A DNA stretch of 34,589 nucleotides from Hyphomicrobiaceae bacterium (GTDB lineage Bacteria > Pseudomonadota > Alphaproteobacteria > Rhizobiales > Hyphomicrobiaceae), in NCBI GenBank assembly GCA_041742195.1, contig JBGSJD010000296.1, forward strand, positions 1 through 34,589, in the 5' to 3' direction. The translations under genes were made by a program, and so were the position numbers. The notes beneath the pieces were generated by a model. It was not told the DNA's origin. It was given only the letters and a program-made list of their open reading frames with translations, and searched no databases. The first letter of the stretch is position 1. Each line of letters opens with the position of its first letter. Below, in pieces: positions 1 through 8,664 of the stretch.

Positions 1-108
1 GTGAACCTGCCGTCGACGGCGACCGATGCCGAGTTGCGGTTCCTGTTCGGGCTGGCCCTTCTGCTGAGCGCACTGGCCGCTTATGGCCTCGCCCGCCGCG
101 ACGCCTGA
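1..108 (+). CDS. 3' end of a sortase-anchored surface protein (5' part lies outside the window)
   Basis: Frame 1 is open from base 1 and reads VNLPSTATDAELRFLFGLALLLSALAAYGLARRDA-stop. This is an LPxTG-like motif (LPSTA), a hydrophobic helix and a basic tail, i.e. a sorting signal. A sortase gene follows directly. Confidence 0.6.
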   Translation: MNLPSTATDAELRFLFGLALLLSALAAYGLARRDA

Positions 109-181
109 CGCGCACGGCACCAGGGGCGGCCAGCGGTCATCGCTGTCCGCCCATGACCTGTCCACACCACGAGAGAACGTC

Positions 182-811
182 ATGCAGAAGCGACGCCGCA
201 ACCTTGGGGCCCGATCCGTGTTACTGGGCCTTTTGGCGACTTTTCTCGCCGGGGCCGGCGCCGTGCTCGTGGGGCAGGCCGCCTACATCCATGCCAAGGC
301 GCAACTCGCCCAGATCCTTCTCAAGCGCGCCTTTCTGGCCTCCATCGGCACCGGCCAGCCGGTGAAGCCCTGGAGCTGGGCCGACACCTGGCCGGCGGCC
401 CGCATCCGCGTTCCCCGCCTCGATGCCGAGGCCATCGTTCTGGCGGGGTCGAGCGGCCAGGCGCTGGCCTTCGGTCCTGCCCACCTCGAGCGGACACCAC
501 CGCCAGGCAACCCCGGCACAACCGTCTACGCCGCCCACCGCGATACCCACTTCCGGTTCCTGGAGCACCTCGTGCCGGGCGACGCGCTCGAGATCCTGGA
601 CGCCGCTGGCGCGCGCCACGCCTATGCCGTGACCCACACGTCGATCGTCGATTGGAATGCGTCCGGCATCGACCCGGCGGCCACCGGGCACAACCTCGTC
701 CTCGCGACCTGCTGGCCATTTGCCAGCCGCACGCCCGGCCCTCTGAGATACCTCGTGCACGCGCGGCCCATTCCGCCCACGGACACGCCCCGTTCACGGC
801 CATCTGACTGA
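182..811 (+). CDS. class GN (proteobacterial) sortase
   Basis: ORF 83..811. ATG 182 (MQKRRRNLG, GAGAGA upstream) avoids overlapping the upstream stop at 108; ATG 83 is the alternative. N-terminal membrane anchor, His region VYAAHRDTHF, catalytic Cys in LVLATCWPF, Arg in RYLVHARP. Confidence 0.8.
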   Translation: MQKRRRNLGARSVLLGLLATFLAGAGAVLVGQAAYIHAKAQLAQILLKRAFLASIGTGQPVKPWSWADTWPAARIRVPRLDAEAIVLAGSSGQALAFGPAHLERTPPPGNPGTTVYAAHRDTHFRFLEHLVPGDALEILDAAGARHAYAVTHTSIVDWNASGIDPAATGHNLVLATCWPFASRTPGPLRYLVHARPIPPTDTPRSRPSD

Positions 812-955
812 AATTCAAGTCCGATCACAGACTTGCGAGCCCCCCTGTCAGGACCGGGCAGGATCCCTCATATGGCGGTCATGGCAAGAAACAGCCATGC
901 GCTACAGCCGAACGGCAGGCGCCAAAAATACGAACCATGAGCTAGGAGCCACGCC

Positions 956-1222
956 ATGAAGTCTTTTGCATTCGGGACCGCCGTCGCCATCGCCATCATC
1001 GGCGGAGCCACTGGAGCCCTGGCATCCGACCGCTACTTCAGCGACCTTGGCCAGACCGCCCCCCGGTCCGTGTTCCATGACCTGAACGAGACCGCGCCGC
1101 GGAGCGCCTTCGACGACCTGCGCGACACCGCGCCCCGGTCCATCTTCGATGCGACCCGCGACTCCGCACCGCGTTCGTCAGACCTGGGCGGCTCGGTCCG
1201 CCTCGACCTGACGGGCGAGTGA
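956..1222 (+). CDS. small secreted protein with four tandem D-L-x-x-(T/S)-A-P-R-S-x-F repeats
   Basis: AGGAG 7 nt upstream of the ATG. Signal peptide MKSFAFGTAVAIAIIGGATGALA. Repeats: DLGQTAPRSVFH / DLNETAPRSAFD / DLRDTAPRSIFD / ATRDSAPRSS. No family recognised. Confidence 0.6.
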   Translation: MKSFAFGTAVAIAIIGGATGALASDRYFSDLGQTAPRSVFHDLNETAPRSAFDDLRDTAPRSIFDATRDSAPRSSDLGGSVRLDLTGE

Positions 1223-1248
1223 ACCAACGATCTGTGAGGTGAAGCCAC

Positions 1249-1272
1249 GTCCGGCGGCAATGCCCGCCGGAC
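1249..1272. terminator. GC hairpin between convergent genes
   Basis: gtCCGGCGG-caatgc-CCGCCGGac, a 9-bp stem between the stops at 1222 (+) and 1303 (-). No U-tract. Confidence 0.4.
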
Positions 1273-1302
1273 CCTCCACATGATCCAGTCCGAAGCGGGC
1301 GG

Positions 1303-2289
1303 TCAGCGCGGCATGGCCGACCTGATCGTCCGCTCGCTGGCCCCACGCGCGCAGAGGCCCGCCGCCGTGAGCGACGCGACCGTGAGACCATGCCGCTCCG
1401 CGCCCGTTCCCTTCGCCGAAACCATCACCGCGTGATGACCGCGCCGGGCCATCTGCTCGGCGAAACTCTTCTGCTGTGCGAAAGGCGTCACCTGATCCGC
1501 CACATCACCGATGACGAAGATCCGCCGTTCCGGATCGGCGACGACACCCTCCAGCCGATCCATCACGTTGAGATCTCCGGCAATGGACGCAGGATGCTCG
1601 CGATGCAGGCTGGACACCCCTTGCCGTCGCGCATGCCAATCGAGCATCGCCGGCAGATCGTAGCCGCCCGACGCCGGCGTCGCGCATTTCACCCCTTCGA
1701 TCCCGCGCGTCAGCATCGCGGCCACCAGCGTCGCGCCGCCGGACTGGCCTGCGAGCGTGACGGCCGAATAGCCATTGCGTTCGATGAGCCCGCGCACGAC
1801 CGCGGTCATGACGAGATGCTCTCGCAGCATCCGCCGGTCGGCGTGATTGCCGGTCGAGCCGAACGTCCCCGGCCGAGCCACCAGCGCGAACGGCAGCTTG
1901 TAGGTCTGCGCCTTGGACGCGAGGAGACGCCGCATCGCGTCGAGATGCTGCCGCAGCCGTGCTGGCCGGCGCGCAAAGGCCGATGGCACATCGCCCTCGA
2001 AATAGAGCACGACCTGGTCGGCCGTCGCGAAGCCGGACGTCGCATGGATGACGATGCACTCGCCCTTCCCTTGGACATCCACCCAGATGTGATCGTCCGC
2101 GACTTCGCAGGCGTCTCTCAGTCCGGCCAGCGCATCGGCGCCGCCGAGCGTGGCATCCCCACTCCGCTTGAACTTGATCGCCGCCTCGGCGGAGGCCAGC
2201 AGGAGGCCGCAGCAGACGACGACTGCCACCAGTGGCCGGATCGCTGCAGCACGCATCGCGACCATCCGGCGCCACTCCACAGATGCCAT
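1303..2289 (-). CDS. exported alpha/beta-fold hydrolase (serine esterase/peptidase-like)
   Basis: ORF 1303..2385. ATG 2289 (MASVEWRRMVAMRAAAIRPLVAVVVCCGLLLASAEA, GGGGGAAGG upstream) lies just after the upstream stop at 2315. Nucleophile-elbow-like GQSGG motif and N-terminal signal/anchor. Confidence 0.65.
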   Translation of the reverse strand: MASVEWRRMVAMRAAAIRPLVAVVVCCGLLLASAEAAIKFKRSGDATLGGADALAGLRDACEVADDHIWVDVQGKGECIVIHATSGFATADQVVLYFEGDVPSAFARRPARLRQHLDAMRRLLASKAQTYKLPFALVARPGTFGSTGNHADRRMLREHLVMTAVVRGLIERNGYSAVTLAGQSGGATLVAAMLTRGIEGVKCATPASGGYDLPAMLDWHARRQGVSSLHREHPASIAGDLNVMDRLEGVVADPERRIFVIGDVADQVTPFAQQKSFAEQMARRGHHAVMVSAKGTGAERHGLTVASLTAAGLCARGASERTIRSAMPR

Positions 2290-2314
2290 GCCTTCCCCCC
2301 GCGAGCGGTCGGCT

Positions 2315-3082
2315 TCAGTCCGCGAATTTCGGTTTGCGCTTTTCGAGAAATGCCGTCCGCGCCTCGACGGAATCGGGATGATCACCGAGTTCCGTCGTCA
2401 TCGACTGCTCGTAACGATAGCCGTCACGCAGCGACATGTCCTCGATCGTGTTGAGCGTCCGCTTGGCAAGCCGGATCGCCGCCGGGCTCTTGGAGGCGAT
2501 CTCCGCCGCCATCTTCATCGCGAGCGGCATCAACTCGGCCTTGGGGACGCAGGCTTCGACCACGCCGAGGCGATAGAGTTCCGCCCCCGGCACCCGGTAC
2601 CCCGTGAGCATCATCCGCCGCAGCGTCGAATGCGGAAACAGCCGCTGCGTATGCTTGCCGCCCCCGAGCAGCCCGACATCGATCTCCGGCAGCCCGAGCC
2701 GAGCTTCCTCGGCTGCGATGAGAATGTCGGCCGATGCCGCGACCGCGAGCCCCGCCCCGAGCGCGGGGCCGTTGATGGCGGCGATCACCGGCTTCTGGCA
2801 CTCGCGGATCGAATGATAGCTCTCCCGCGCACGACGGTTGTGCTGCCAGCGCTCGCCCGCCTTCGATCGGTCCGGCCGAGACTTGAGATCGGCGCCGGCC
2901 GAAAACACTTTTCCGGCTCCGGTCAATACGGCGACGCGGATGTCCTTCCGGTCGGAGATCATGTCGAACGCAAACGCCATCTCGACGTTGAACTGCGTGT
3001 TCTGCGCGTTGACCGGCGGATTGTTCATGGTGACGACGGCGATGCCGTCCGCCACGGCGACGTCGATGAGCTGCAGGTCCAT
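2315..3082 (-). CDS. enoyl-CoA hydratase/isomerase (crotonase) family protein
   Basis: [26 protein letters not shown]...[16 protein letters not shown]...[20 protein letters not shown] is a typical crotonase fold signature. Alternative ATG at 3121. Confidence 0.8.
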   Translation of the reverse strand: MDLQLIDVAVADGIAVVTMNNPPVNAQNTQFNVEMAFAFDMISDRKDIRVAVLTGAGKVFSAGADLKSRPDRSKAGERWQHNRRARESYHSIRECQKPVIAAINGPALGAGLAVAASADILIAAEEARLGLPEIDVGLLGGGKHTQRLFPHSTLRRMMLTGYRVPGAELYRLGVVEACVPKAELMPLAMKMAAEIASKSPAAIRLAKRTLNTIEDMSLRDGYRYEQSMTTELGDHPDSVEARTAFLEKRKPKFAD

Positions 3083-3314
3083 GGGCGCGGCAATCCGTTG
3101 GTTTCTGGTGGAACGCCCCATCCTAGGCCATTCGTCGCGCCGTTCAAATCATGCCCGTCGGCCGGCTGGCGAGGGCCAGCGGCGAGACATGCGCTCGCGT
3201 GAGGTCTGGGCTGCGGCCTCGACGTTGGCGCACCGGGCGAGAGCATCTAGGATTTGCGGCAGACAACAAGATCACCCGCGCTTGCAGCGGGCCCCATCGA
3301 GCAGGAGACGCGCC

Positions 3315-4151
3315 ATGTCCAGTCAGCCCGCCGCCCCGTCACGCCGCGTCACCGCGCCCGACATCACCGCGCGGAAGGGGCGGGAACCGATCGTCTCGCT
3401 GACGTCCTATCATGCCCACACCGCCGCCCTCGCTGATGCGCACTGCGACTTCCTTCTGGTCGGCGACAGCCTGGGCATGGTCATGCACGGCTACGAGACG
3501 ACCGTCCCGGTCCCCCTCGAGCTCATGATCATGCACGGCCGCGCCGTGGTGCGCGGTGCAAAGCGCGCGCTTGTCGTCGTCGACATGCCGTTCGGCTCTT
3601 ACGAGGAGAGCCCGTCCATCGCCTTTCGCAATGCAGCCCGCGTGCTGAAGGAAACCGATTGCGGCGCCGTGAAGCTCGAGGGCGGTCGCCACATGGCCGA
3701 AACCATCCGCTATCTCGTCGATCGCGGAATTCCCGTAATGGCCCATATCGGCCTGACACCCCAATCCATCAACACGCTTGGCGGCTTCAAGGTCCAGGGG
3801 CGCTCCGACGCGCAGTTCGCGGCGCTGGAGGCCGATGCGCGCGCCGTCTCGGATGCGGGCGCGTTCGCCGTGGTTCTCGAAGCAATCCCGGCCGAACTCG
3901 CCGCAACGATCACCGCCGCGATCCCGATCCCCACGATCGGCATTGGCGCGTCGGCGGCGTGTGACGGCCAGATCCTCGTCATGGAAGACATGCTTGGCCT
4001 CTCCCCGCGCGTCCCGAAGTTCGTGAAGAAGTTCGGCGAGATCGGCAACCTGATCAGTTCGGCCATCGAGGAGTACGCAACGGAGGTCAAGAGCCGCAGC
4101 TTCCCGGCCGAAGCTCACACCTACGCCCGTCAGCTTACGCCGAAGAAGTGA
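3315..4151 (+). CDS. panB: 3-methyl-2-oxobutanoate hydroxymethyltransferase
   Basis: AGGAGA 7 nt before ATG 3315. [37 protein letters not shown]...[11 protein letters not shown]...GAVKLEGG...[13 protein letters not shown] matches the PanB signature along its length. Confidence 0.92.
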   Translation: MSSQPAAPSRRVTAPDITARKGREPIVSLTSYHAHTAALADAHCDFLLVGDSLGMVMHGYETTVPVPLELMIMHGRAVVRGAKRALVVVDMPFGSYEESPSIAFRNAARVLKETDCGAVKLEGGRHMAETIRYLVDRGIPVMAHIGLTPQSINTLGGFKVQGRSDAQFAALEADARAVSDAGAFAVVLEAIPAELAATITAAIPIPTIGIGASAACDGQILVMEDMLGLSPRVPKFVKKFGEIGNLISSAIEEYATEVKSRSFPAEAHTYARQLTPKK

Positions 4152-4215
4152 CGGCGGCAGCGATGGAAGGAGCGGCCTGCCACGCTTTTCTCTGAGCAGC
4201 CCGGTCCGCCGGGCA

Positions 4216-4240
4216 GGAACCACACGCACCGCCGCGCGTT
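4216..4240 (+). promoter_or_regulatory. EcfG-type (ECF15) promoter motif GGAAC-N16-CGTT
   Basis: GGAAC 4216-4220 and CGTT 4237-4240, intergenic, 37 nt upstream of ATG 4277. Confidence 0.65.
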
Positions 4241-4276
4241 GACCTCTCGAATGCCAAAAGCAACGAGAGGCCGAAA

Positions 4277-4561
4277 ATGAAGTACGCGCTGATGGCCGCC
4301 GGCTTTGCAGCCCTCTGTGCCGCCAACACAGCCACCGCTTCCCCAGCCGCAGCCCAGGGCGTCAGCGTTCACGTTGGCCCCGGAGGCGTTGGCATCCATG
4401 TCGGAAAACCGCACCGGCGTGGCAAGTTCCATGGCTGGGGGCCGGGCTACCATTATCGAGGTGGATATTACTATGGCGATTGTGCGTGGCTGAGAGCCCG
4501 CGCCCGCGACACCGGCAATCCCACATGGTGGCGCCGTTATCATAAATGCCGATCGCGCTGA
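4277..4561 (+). CDS. small secreted Gly/His/Tyr/Arg-rich protein with a C-terminal Cys pair
   Basis: GAGAGG upstream. Signal peptide MKYALMAAGFAALCAANTATA. Mature part GVSVHVGPGGVGIHVGKPHRRGKFHGWGPGYHYRGGYYYGDCAWLRARARDTGNPTWWRRYHKC. Confidence 0.65.
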   Translation: MKYALMAAGFAALCAANTATASPAAAQGVSVHVGPGGVGIHVGKPHRRGKFHGWGPGYHYRGGYYYGDCAWLRARARDTGNPTWWRRYHKCRSR

Positions 4562-4836
4562 CCGACGGCTTTCGACGGATCGATGATCATGCGAGCCGCT
4601 ACTGCCCTCGAAGCGGGTCACTGCTGCTGTTGCTACTGCTTGTCCGCGCGCGAGCGCTCGCGCCTGCGGCGCATCTACCGGATCGTGCGTCGCGCACGTC
4701 GTGCCGGTCATCGGGGATGAACACGGCGCTGACGCTGGCAGCTTGCGTCAAATGACACACACGCTGGTCCTGATCTCCACTATGCTTGTGCGGAGTTGAT
4801 TGACGGCGAAAGCCATCGCTCGTCGGCCGGGAGCCC

Positions 4837-6633
4837 GTGCCTTCGATCGAGAAGCTCTGGGTTCGGCTCGTCGTTTCGGCTGCACGAGGGTTCCGATTGG
4901 TGTCGACAACAGGCGCATTGAAGACGGCGTTGGCGACTGTTGCCGAGCGCATCAGCGCCTACCCCGGCGCGATCGCCATCCTGGCGAGCGGATTGGCGTT
5001 GGCGTCCACGTTGGCGGCCTATCAACTGACCGTCCAGTCGGAAGCCGAAGCCCACGAGATGGCGATCACCAGCGAAGCATCGCGGATTGCCGAGACCATT
5101 GTCGACACCTTGCGCGGCTACGGCGGAATTCTCCGCGCCAGCGCCGGCTTCGTCACCGCCGGTGGTCGCCCGGACGAAGCCGCGTGGCGGGCCTTTACCC
5201 GCGCCCTCGAGATCGACAAGAACTTTCCCGGCGTCCAGGGTCTCGGGTTTGTCGAGATCGGCGAGCGCGCCGAACTCGAGCGCATCGCAACCGAGAAACG
5301 CGCCGCAGGGCGGAGTGATTTCCGCTACGTCACCGCCGACGGCGAGCGCGATCTCTACACCATGATCACGCTGCTGGAGCCCGACGACGAGCGCAACCGC
5401 CGTGCCCTCGGCTTCGACATGTACGCCGAGCAGACTCGCCGCGATGCGATGCGGAAGGCGCGCGACACGGGCGAACTGGTCGTCTCCCCGGTCGTCATTC
5501 TGCTCCAGGAGAACGCCAAGGATATCCAGCCCGGCTCACTCGGCTACATGGCCGTCTACCGCAACGACGGCGCTCCGACGACGATCGAGGAGCGACGGCA
5601 GCGGCTGAAGGCCTTTGTCTATGGCGTTTTTCGGTGGGGCAACTTTCTGGACCGCACCCTCCAGAAGCACCATCGCCATTCCCTCGGACTGATGCGCATC
5701 GAAATCAAGGGCAGTCAGGTCGGAACCAACCGCCGCTTGATCTACGACAGCGAATCCGGAAGCGCACCATCGTCGTCAGCAAGCTACAAGGCGACCGTCC
5801 CGCTCGAACTCGGCGGCTTGCAATGGTCGTTGACGGCCACATCCAACCAGCGGTTCGCGTCGACGCTCGATTGGTCGAAGCCGCGCCTCATATTGAGCAG
5901 CGGCCTCGTTGTGACGGCACTCATCGCGACCATGATCGTCGCATTGTCTCAATCGCACGAGCGAACCGAGATTGCGCGCCGCAAGCTCGAGGCCGAGGTC
6001 ATTCAACGCAAGGAAGCCGAAGAACGCGCCCACCTGGCCAACGGAGAATTGATTCATCGGGTCAAGAATACGCTGGCGGTCGTCTCCGCACTCGCCTCCC
6101 AGACGGCCCGACATGCGACCAGCGTCCAGGCATTCACAGCGTCGTTCCGCGAGCGCCTCGTCGCACTGGCCTCGGTGCAGGATCTGCTTCGGCCCGACCC
6201 GGCCTACGCGCCCGAACTCGGTGAACTGGTTCGCGAGATCCTGAAGGCCTTTGCCGATGGAACGAAGTCACCCCGCCCGTCCCCGCGCCTCACGGCGAAC
6301 GGACCCAAGGTCGCGCTCCCGGGCAACCAGGCGGTGCTCCTGAGCCTCCTTCTCAACGAACTCGCGACCAACGCCACGAAGTACGGCGCCTGGTCCACAT
6401 CGGGTGGCGCCGTCGCCATCGATTGGTCGCTCGAGCATCGCGACGATGGACGATTGGTCGTTCTGAAATGGACGGAGACCGGTTCCAGCACCCGGTCGGA
6501 AACGGACCAGACCGGCTTTGGAACCAAGGTGATCGAAGCCGTCGAGCGGGGCATGCGAGGTCGTATCGAGCGCTCGTGGCCAGACACGGGCCTTGCCTTC
6601 GTCTTCCGCTTTCCGGCAATCGATCCGGAATGA
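4837..6633 (+). CDS. CHASE-domain sensor histidine kinase, HWE/HisKA_2 (HRxxN) type
   Basis: GTG 4837 (start uncertain). TM, then a periplasmic CHASE-like region (GVQGLGFVE...ERNRRALGFDMYAEQTRRDAMRKARDTGELVVSP), a second TM, a coiled coil, the H-box ELIHRVKNTLAVVSALASQT, the N-box NELATNATKYGA and GFGTKVIE. Confidence 0.8.
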   Translation: MPSIEKLWVRLVVSAARGFRLVSTTGALKTALATVAERISAYPGAIAILASGLALASTLAAYQLTVQSEAEAHEMAITSEASRIAETIVDTLRGYGGILRASAGFVTAGGRPDEAAWRAFTRALEIDKNFPGVQGLGFVEIGERAELERIATEKRAAGRSDFRYVTADGERDLYTMITLLEPDDERNRRALGFDMYAEQTRRDAMRKARDTGELVVSPVVILLQENAKDIQPGSLGYMAVYRNDGAPTTIEERRQRLKAFVYGVFRWGNFLDRTLQKHHRHSLGLMRIEIKGSQVGTNRRLIYDSESGSAPSSSASYKATVPLELGGLQWSLTATSNQRFASTLDWSKPRLILSSGLVVTALIATMIVALSQSHERTEIARRKLEAEVIQRKEAEERAHLANGELIHRVKNTLAVVSALASQTARHATSVQAFTASFRERLVALASVQDLLRPDPAYAPELGELVREILKAFADGTKSPRPSPRLTANGPKVALPGNQAVLLSLLLNELATNATKYGAWSTSGGAVAIDWSLEHRDDGRLVVLKWTETGSSTRSETDQTGFGTKVIEAVERGMRGRIERSWPDTGLAFVFRFPAIDPE

Positions 6634-6637
6634 GCGA

Positions 6638-6667
6638 GGCGCCGCGCGTTTCGGACTGGGCGGCGCC
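6638..6667. terminator. hairpin between convergent genes
   Basis: GGCGCCGC-N14-GCGGCGCC between the kinase stop (6633) and the micropeptide stop (6675). Confidence 0.4.
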
Positions 6668-6674
6668 CTACGCA

Positions 6675-6752
6675 CTAGAGGACGCCGAAAAGATTGAGCA
6701 ACAGCAGCACCGAAAGGGGCACCCCGAGGATCCAGAGAACGATATTGGTCAT
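6675..6752 (-). CDS. 25-aa hydrophobic micropeptide (single TM helix)
   Basis: Hand translation gives MTNIVLWILGVPLSVLLLLNLFGVL-stop. GAGGAG lies 7 nt upstream of ATG 6752 and an exact EcfG motif 66 nt upstream. It is the tail of tracked ORF 6675..6890. Confidence 0.6.
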   Translation of the reverse strand: MTNIVLWILGVPLSVLLLLNLFGVL

Positions 6753-6817
6753 GACGTACTCCTCGAATGTCAGGTCGCATGATGTGACGGATGTCGATCG
6801 CCGATTGGCTTGAATGA

Positions 6818-6842
6818 AACGCGGAGGCCGCTGGGAGGTTCC
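6818..6842 (-). promoter_or_regulatory. EcfG-type promoter motif GGAAC-N16-CGTT (minus strand)
   Basis: The plus strand reads AACG(6818-6821)-N16-GTTCC(6838-6842). It lies in the gap between the AI-2E stop (6871) and the micropeptide start (6752). Confidence 0.65.
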
Positions 6843-6870
6843 GGCTTTGCGTCCGCCACGCACCACATCG

Positions 6871-8664
6871 TCAATCAGCGGCAACGGCATTCCGAACCCC
6901 GGCTGGAAACAATTTCACTGCATCGGCGACCTTCCCGACCGAGTAGATCCCTGCATGACCGCCATCCGGTCGATCCGCAGCCATCCCGCCTTCGGTTTCG
7001 AAAACGATCAACTTGGCTTTCGGAAAATTCAATTCCGCGCGGCGCATCAGAAGTCCGATGTGACCCTGATCCAGATGCGAGAGATTGACGAGAACGACCG
7101 CATCCACGACGTCGTCGACATCGAGGCCACCCCGGCTCGCAAGCGCGGTGAGCCCCGACGACGTGCCGGCCGAGACGATCTCCCAATTCGTCGATGCCCG
7201 GAGGCAGCTCGACAGGAAGTCCGCGGCCGCTCGATCGACGCTGCCGCGTGCCGGCAGGACAAGCGCCCGCTTTGGCGCTCGCGCCGGTTCATCCGTCTTG
7301 GCAGCCGCGTACGCGTCCGCGAGTTCGGAGACCTCTGCCATAGCGGCCGACATCTTGATGAGCCGGCTGTCATCGAGCCGCCCCCGGCGAAAATCGAGGC
7401 CGGCGAGCGCCAGCGCCGGCAGAACGACCCGGTCGGCGGTATCGACGATATGCACGGGGTTGAGGACGTCATCGAGTTGAGCCGCGAGTTGGTCGCCGTT
7501 TCGCGTCAGCAATTGCCCATAGAATTCTTCGTCAGGACGCAGCGCCGCCTCGTTGCCCAGCATGATGCTGAAGAACTCGAGCGCCGGTAGATGTCGCCCG
7601 ACGACGACGAGGACGAGCGTCAGCGGCGCCGCGAGCAGCAAGCCGGCGGGCCCCCAGACGAGCGTCCAGAAACTGGCGGAGACCACCATCGCGAATGGCG
7701 AAAGGCCGCTTCGCTTCCCCAGCACCAACGGCTCGACGACATTCCCCATGATCATTTCGCCTGCGAGCAGGAAAGCGAACGTGGAGATCACCATCGCCCA
7801 GCCTGGATCGACGCCGGCCGCGAGAAGGATCGGCGGCACCATCGTGATCGCCGTGCCGACGAAAGGCACGAACCGCATGAGGCCGGCGATCACGCCGCAC
7901 AGCAACGGACTGGGCACGCCGATGACGAACAGGACCACGGCCACCAGAGCGCCATAGGCCGCACTCAGCATCACCTGTCCAAGAAACAGCTTGGAGAGGC
8001 GCTCCGCAGCGTCCGACATCGCAGCCGTCGTCCCGACAAGATTGTCGATGCCGGCGATCCGAACCAGTCGGTCACGCAGATCCTGATGCTGAAACAGAAG
8101 AAATGCCGTGAAGAGCATGGTGAGCGCCACTTGCCCCGCGGGAACGAGCCAGTCGCCAATTGCGCCCATGCGCCCGCCATCCCTGACGACGACGACCCGC
8201 CCCGGATCGGCGTCGCTGCCAGACTTCGACGGCGGCGCCGAACCGGCCGTCGAAGCCCCGTTGTTGATTTCCCGCTGCAGCTCCACTTCTAGGAGATCGA
8301 TGGCGACGACCGCGCGCCGGATGATGCTGTTGTCCTGGGATCCGCTGACGGCCCGCACCTTCTCGACGATATTCGCGCGATACGCGGGCAACTCCGCCGT
8401 GATCTGCAGCAGCTGCGAACTCAACACGATGAACGCCGCGACCGTTGTTCCGATCGCACTCACGAGTACGAGAGACGCGGAAGCCGCCTGTGGCAAGCCC
8501 AGATCCGCGAGCCGCGTAACGATCTGAGCCAGCGCGAACGCGATCACGATCGCGAGCGCCATCGGAAGCAGAATGTCGCGCCCGAGTGCCAATCCAGCGA
8601 CCACGATCGCGAACACGGTGATGGATGCGTGCAGGCTGCGCAGACTGTCTGCCAAGAGCGGCAT
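6871..8664 (-). CDS. AI-2E (PerM/YhhT) family transporter fused to a ~220-aa C-terminal cytoplasmic domain
   Basis: ORF 6871..8850. ATG 8664 (MPLLADSLRSLH, AGGGGAG upstream). Core signature MRFVPFVGTAITMVPPILLA...GNVVEPLVLGKRSGLSPFAMVVSASFWTLVWGPAGLLLAAPLT. The soluble tail starts at RPDEEFYGQ. Confidence 0.8.
   Translation of the reverse strand: MPLLADSLRSLHASITVFAIVVAGLALGRDILLPMALAIVIAFALAQIVTRLADLGLPQAASASLVLVSAIGTTVAAFIVLSSQLLQITAELPAYRANIVEKVRAVSGSQDNSIIRRAVVAIDLLEVELQREINNGASTAGSAPPSKSGSDADPGRVVVVRDGGRMGAIGDWLVPAGQVALTMLFTAFLLFQHQDLRDRLVRIAGIDNLVGTTAAMSDAAERLSKLFLGQVMLSAAYGALVAVVLFVIGVPSPLLCGVIAGLMRFVPFVGTAITMVPPILLAAGVDPGWAMVISTFAFLLAGEMIMGNVVEPLVLGKRSGLSPFAMVVSASFWTLVWGPAGLLLAAPLTLVLVVVGRHLPALEFFSIMLGNEAALRPDEEFYGQLLTRNGDQLAAQLDDVLNPVHIVDTADRVVLPALALAGLDFRRGRLDDSRLIKMSAAMAEVSELADAYAAAKTDEPARAPKRALVLPARGSVDRAAADFLSSCLRASTNWEIVSAGTSSGLTALASRGGLDVDDVVDAVVLVNLSHLDQGHIGLLMRRAELNFPKAKLIVFETEGGMAADRPDGGHAGIYSVGKVADAVKLFPAGVRNAVAAD

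Noticed and set aside
3110-3144. GGAAC in the crotonase/panB divergent region.
   Set aside because: The nearest CGTT is 26 nt away, and the only closer element is CGTC at 18 nt. It does not fit the EcfG spacing.
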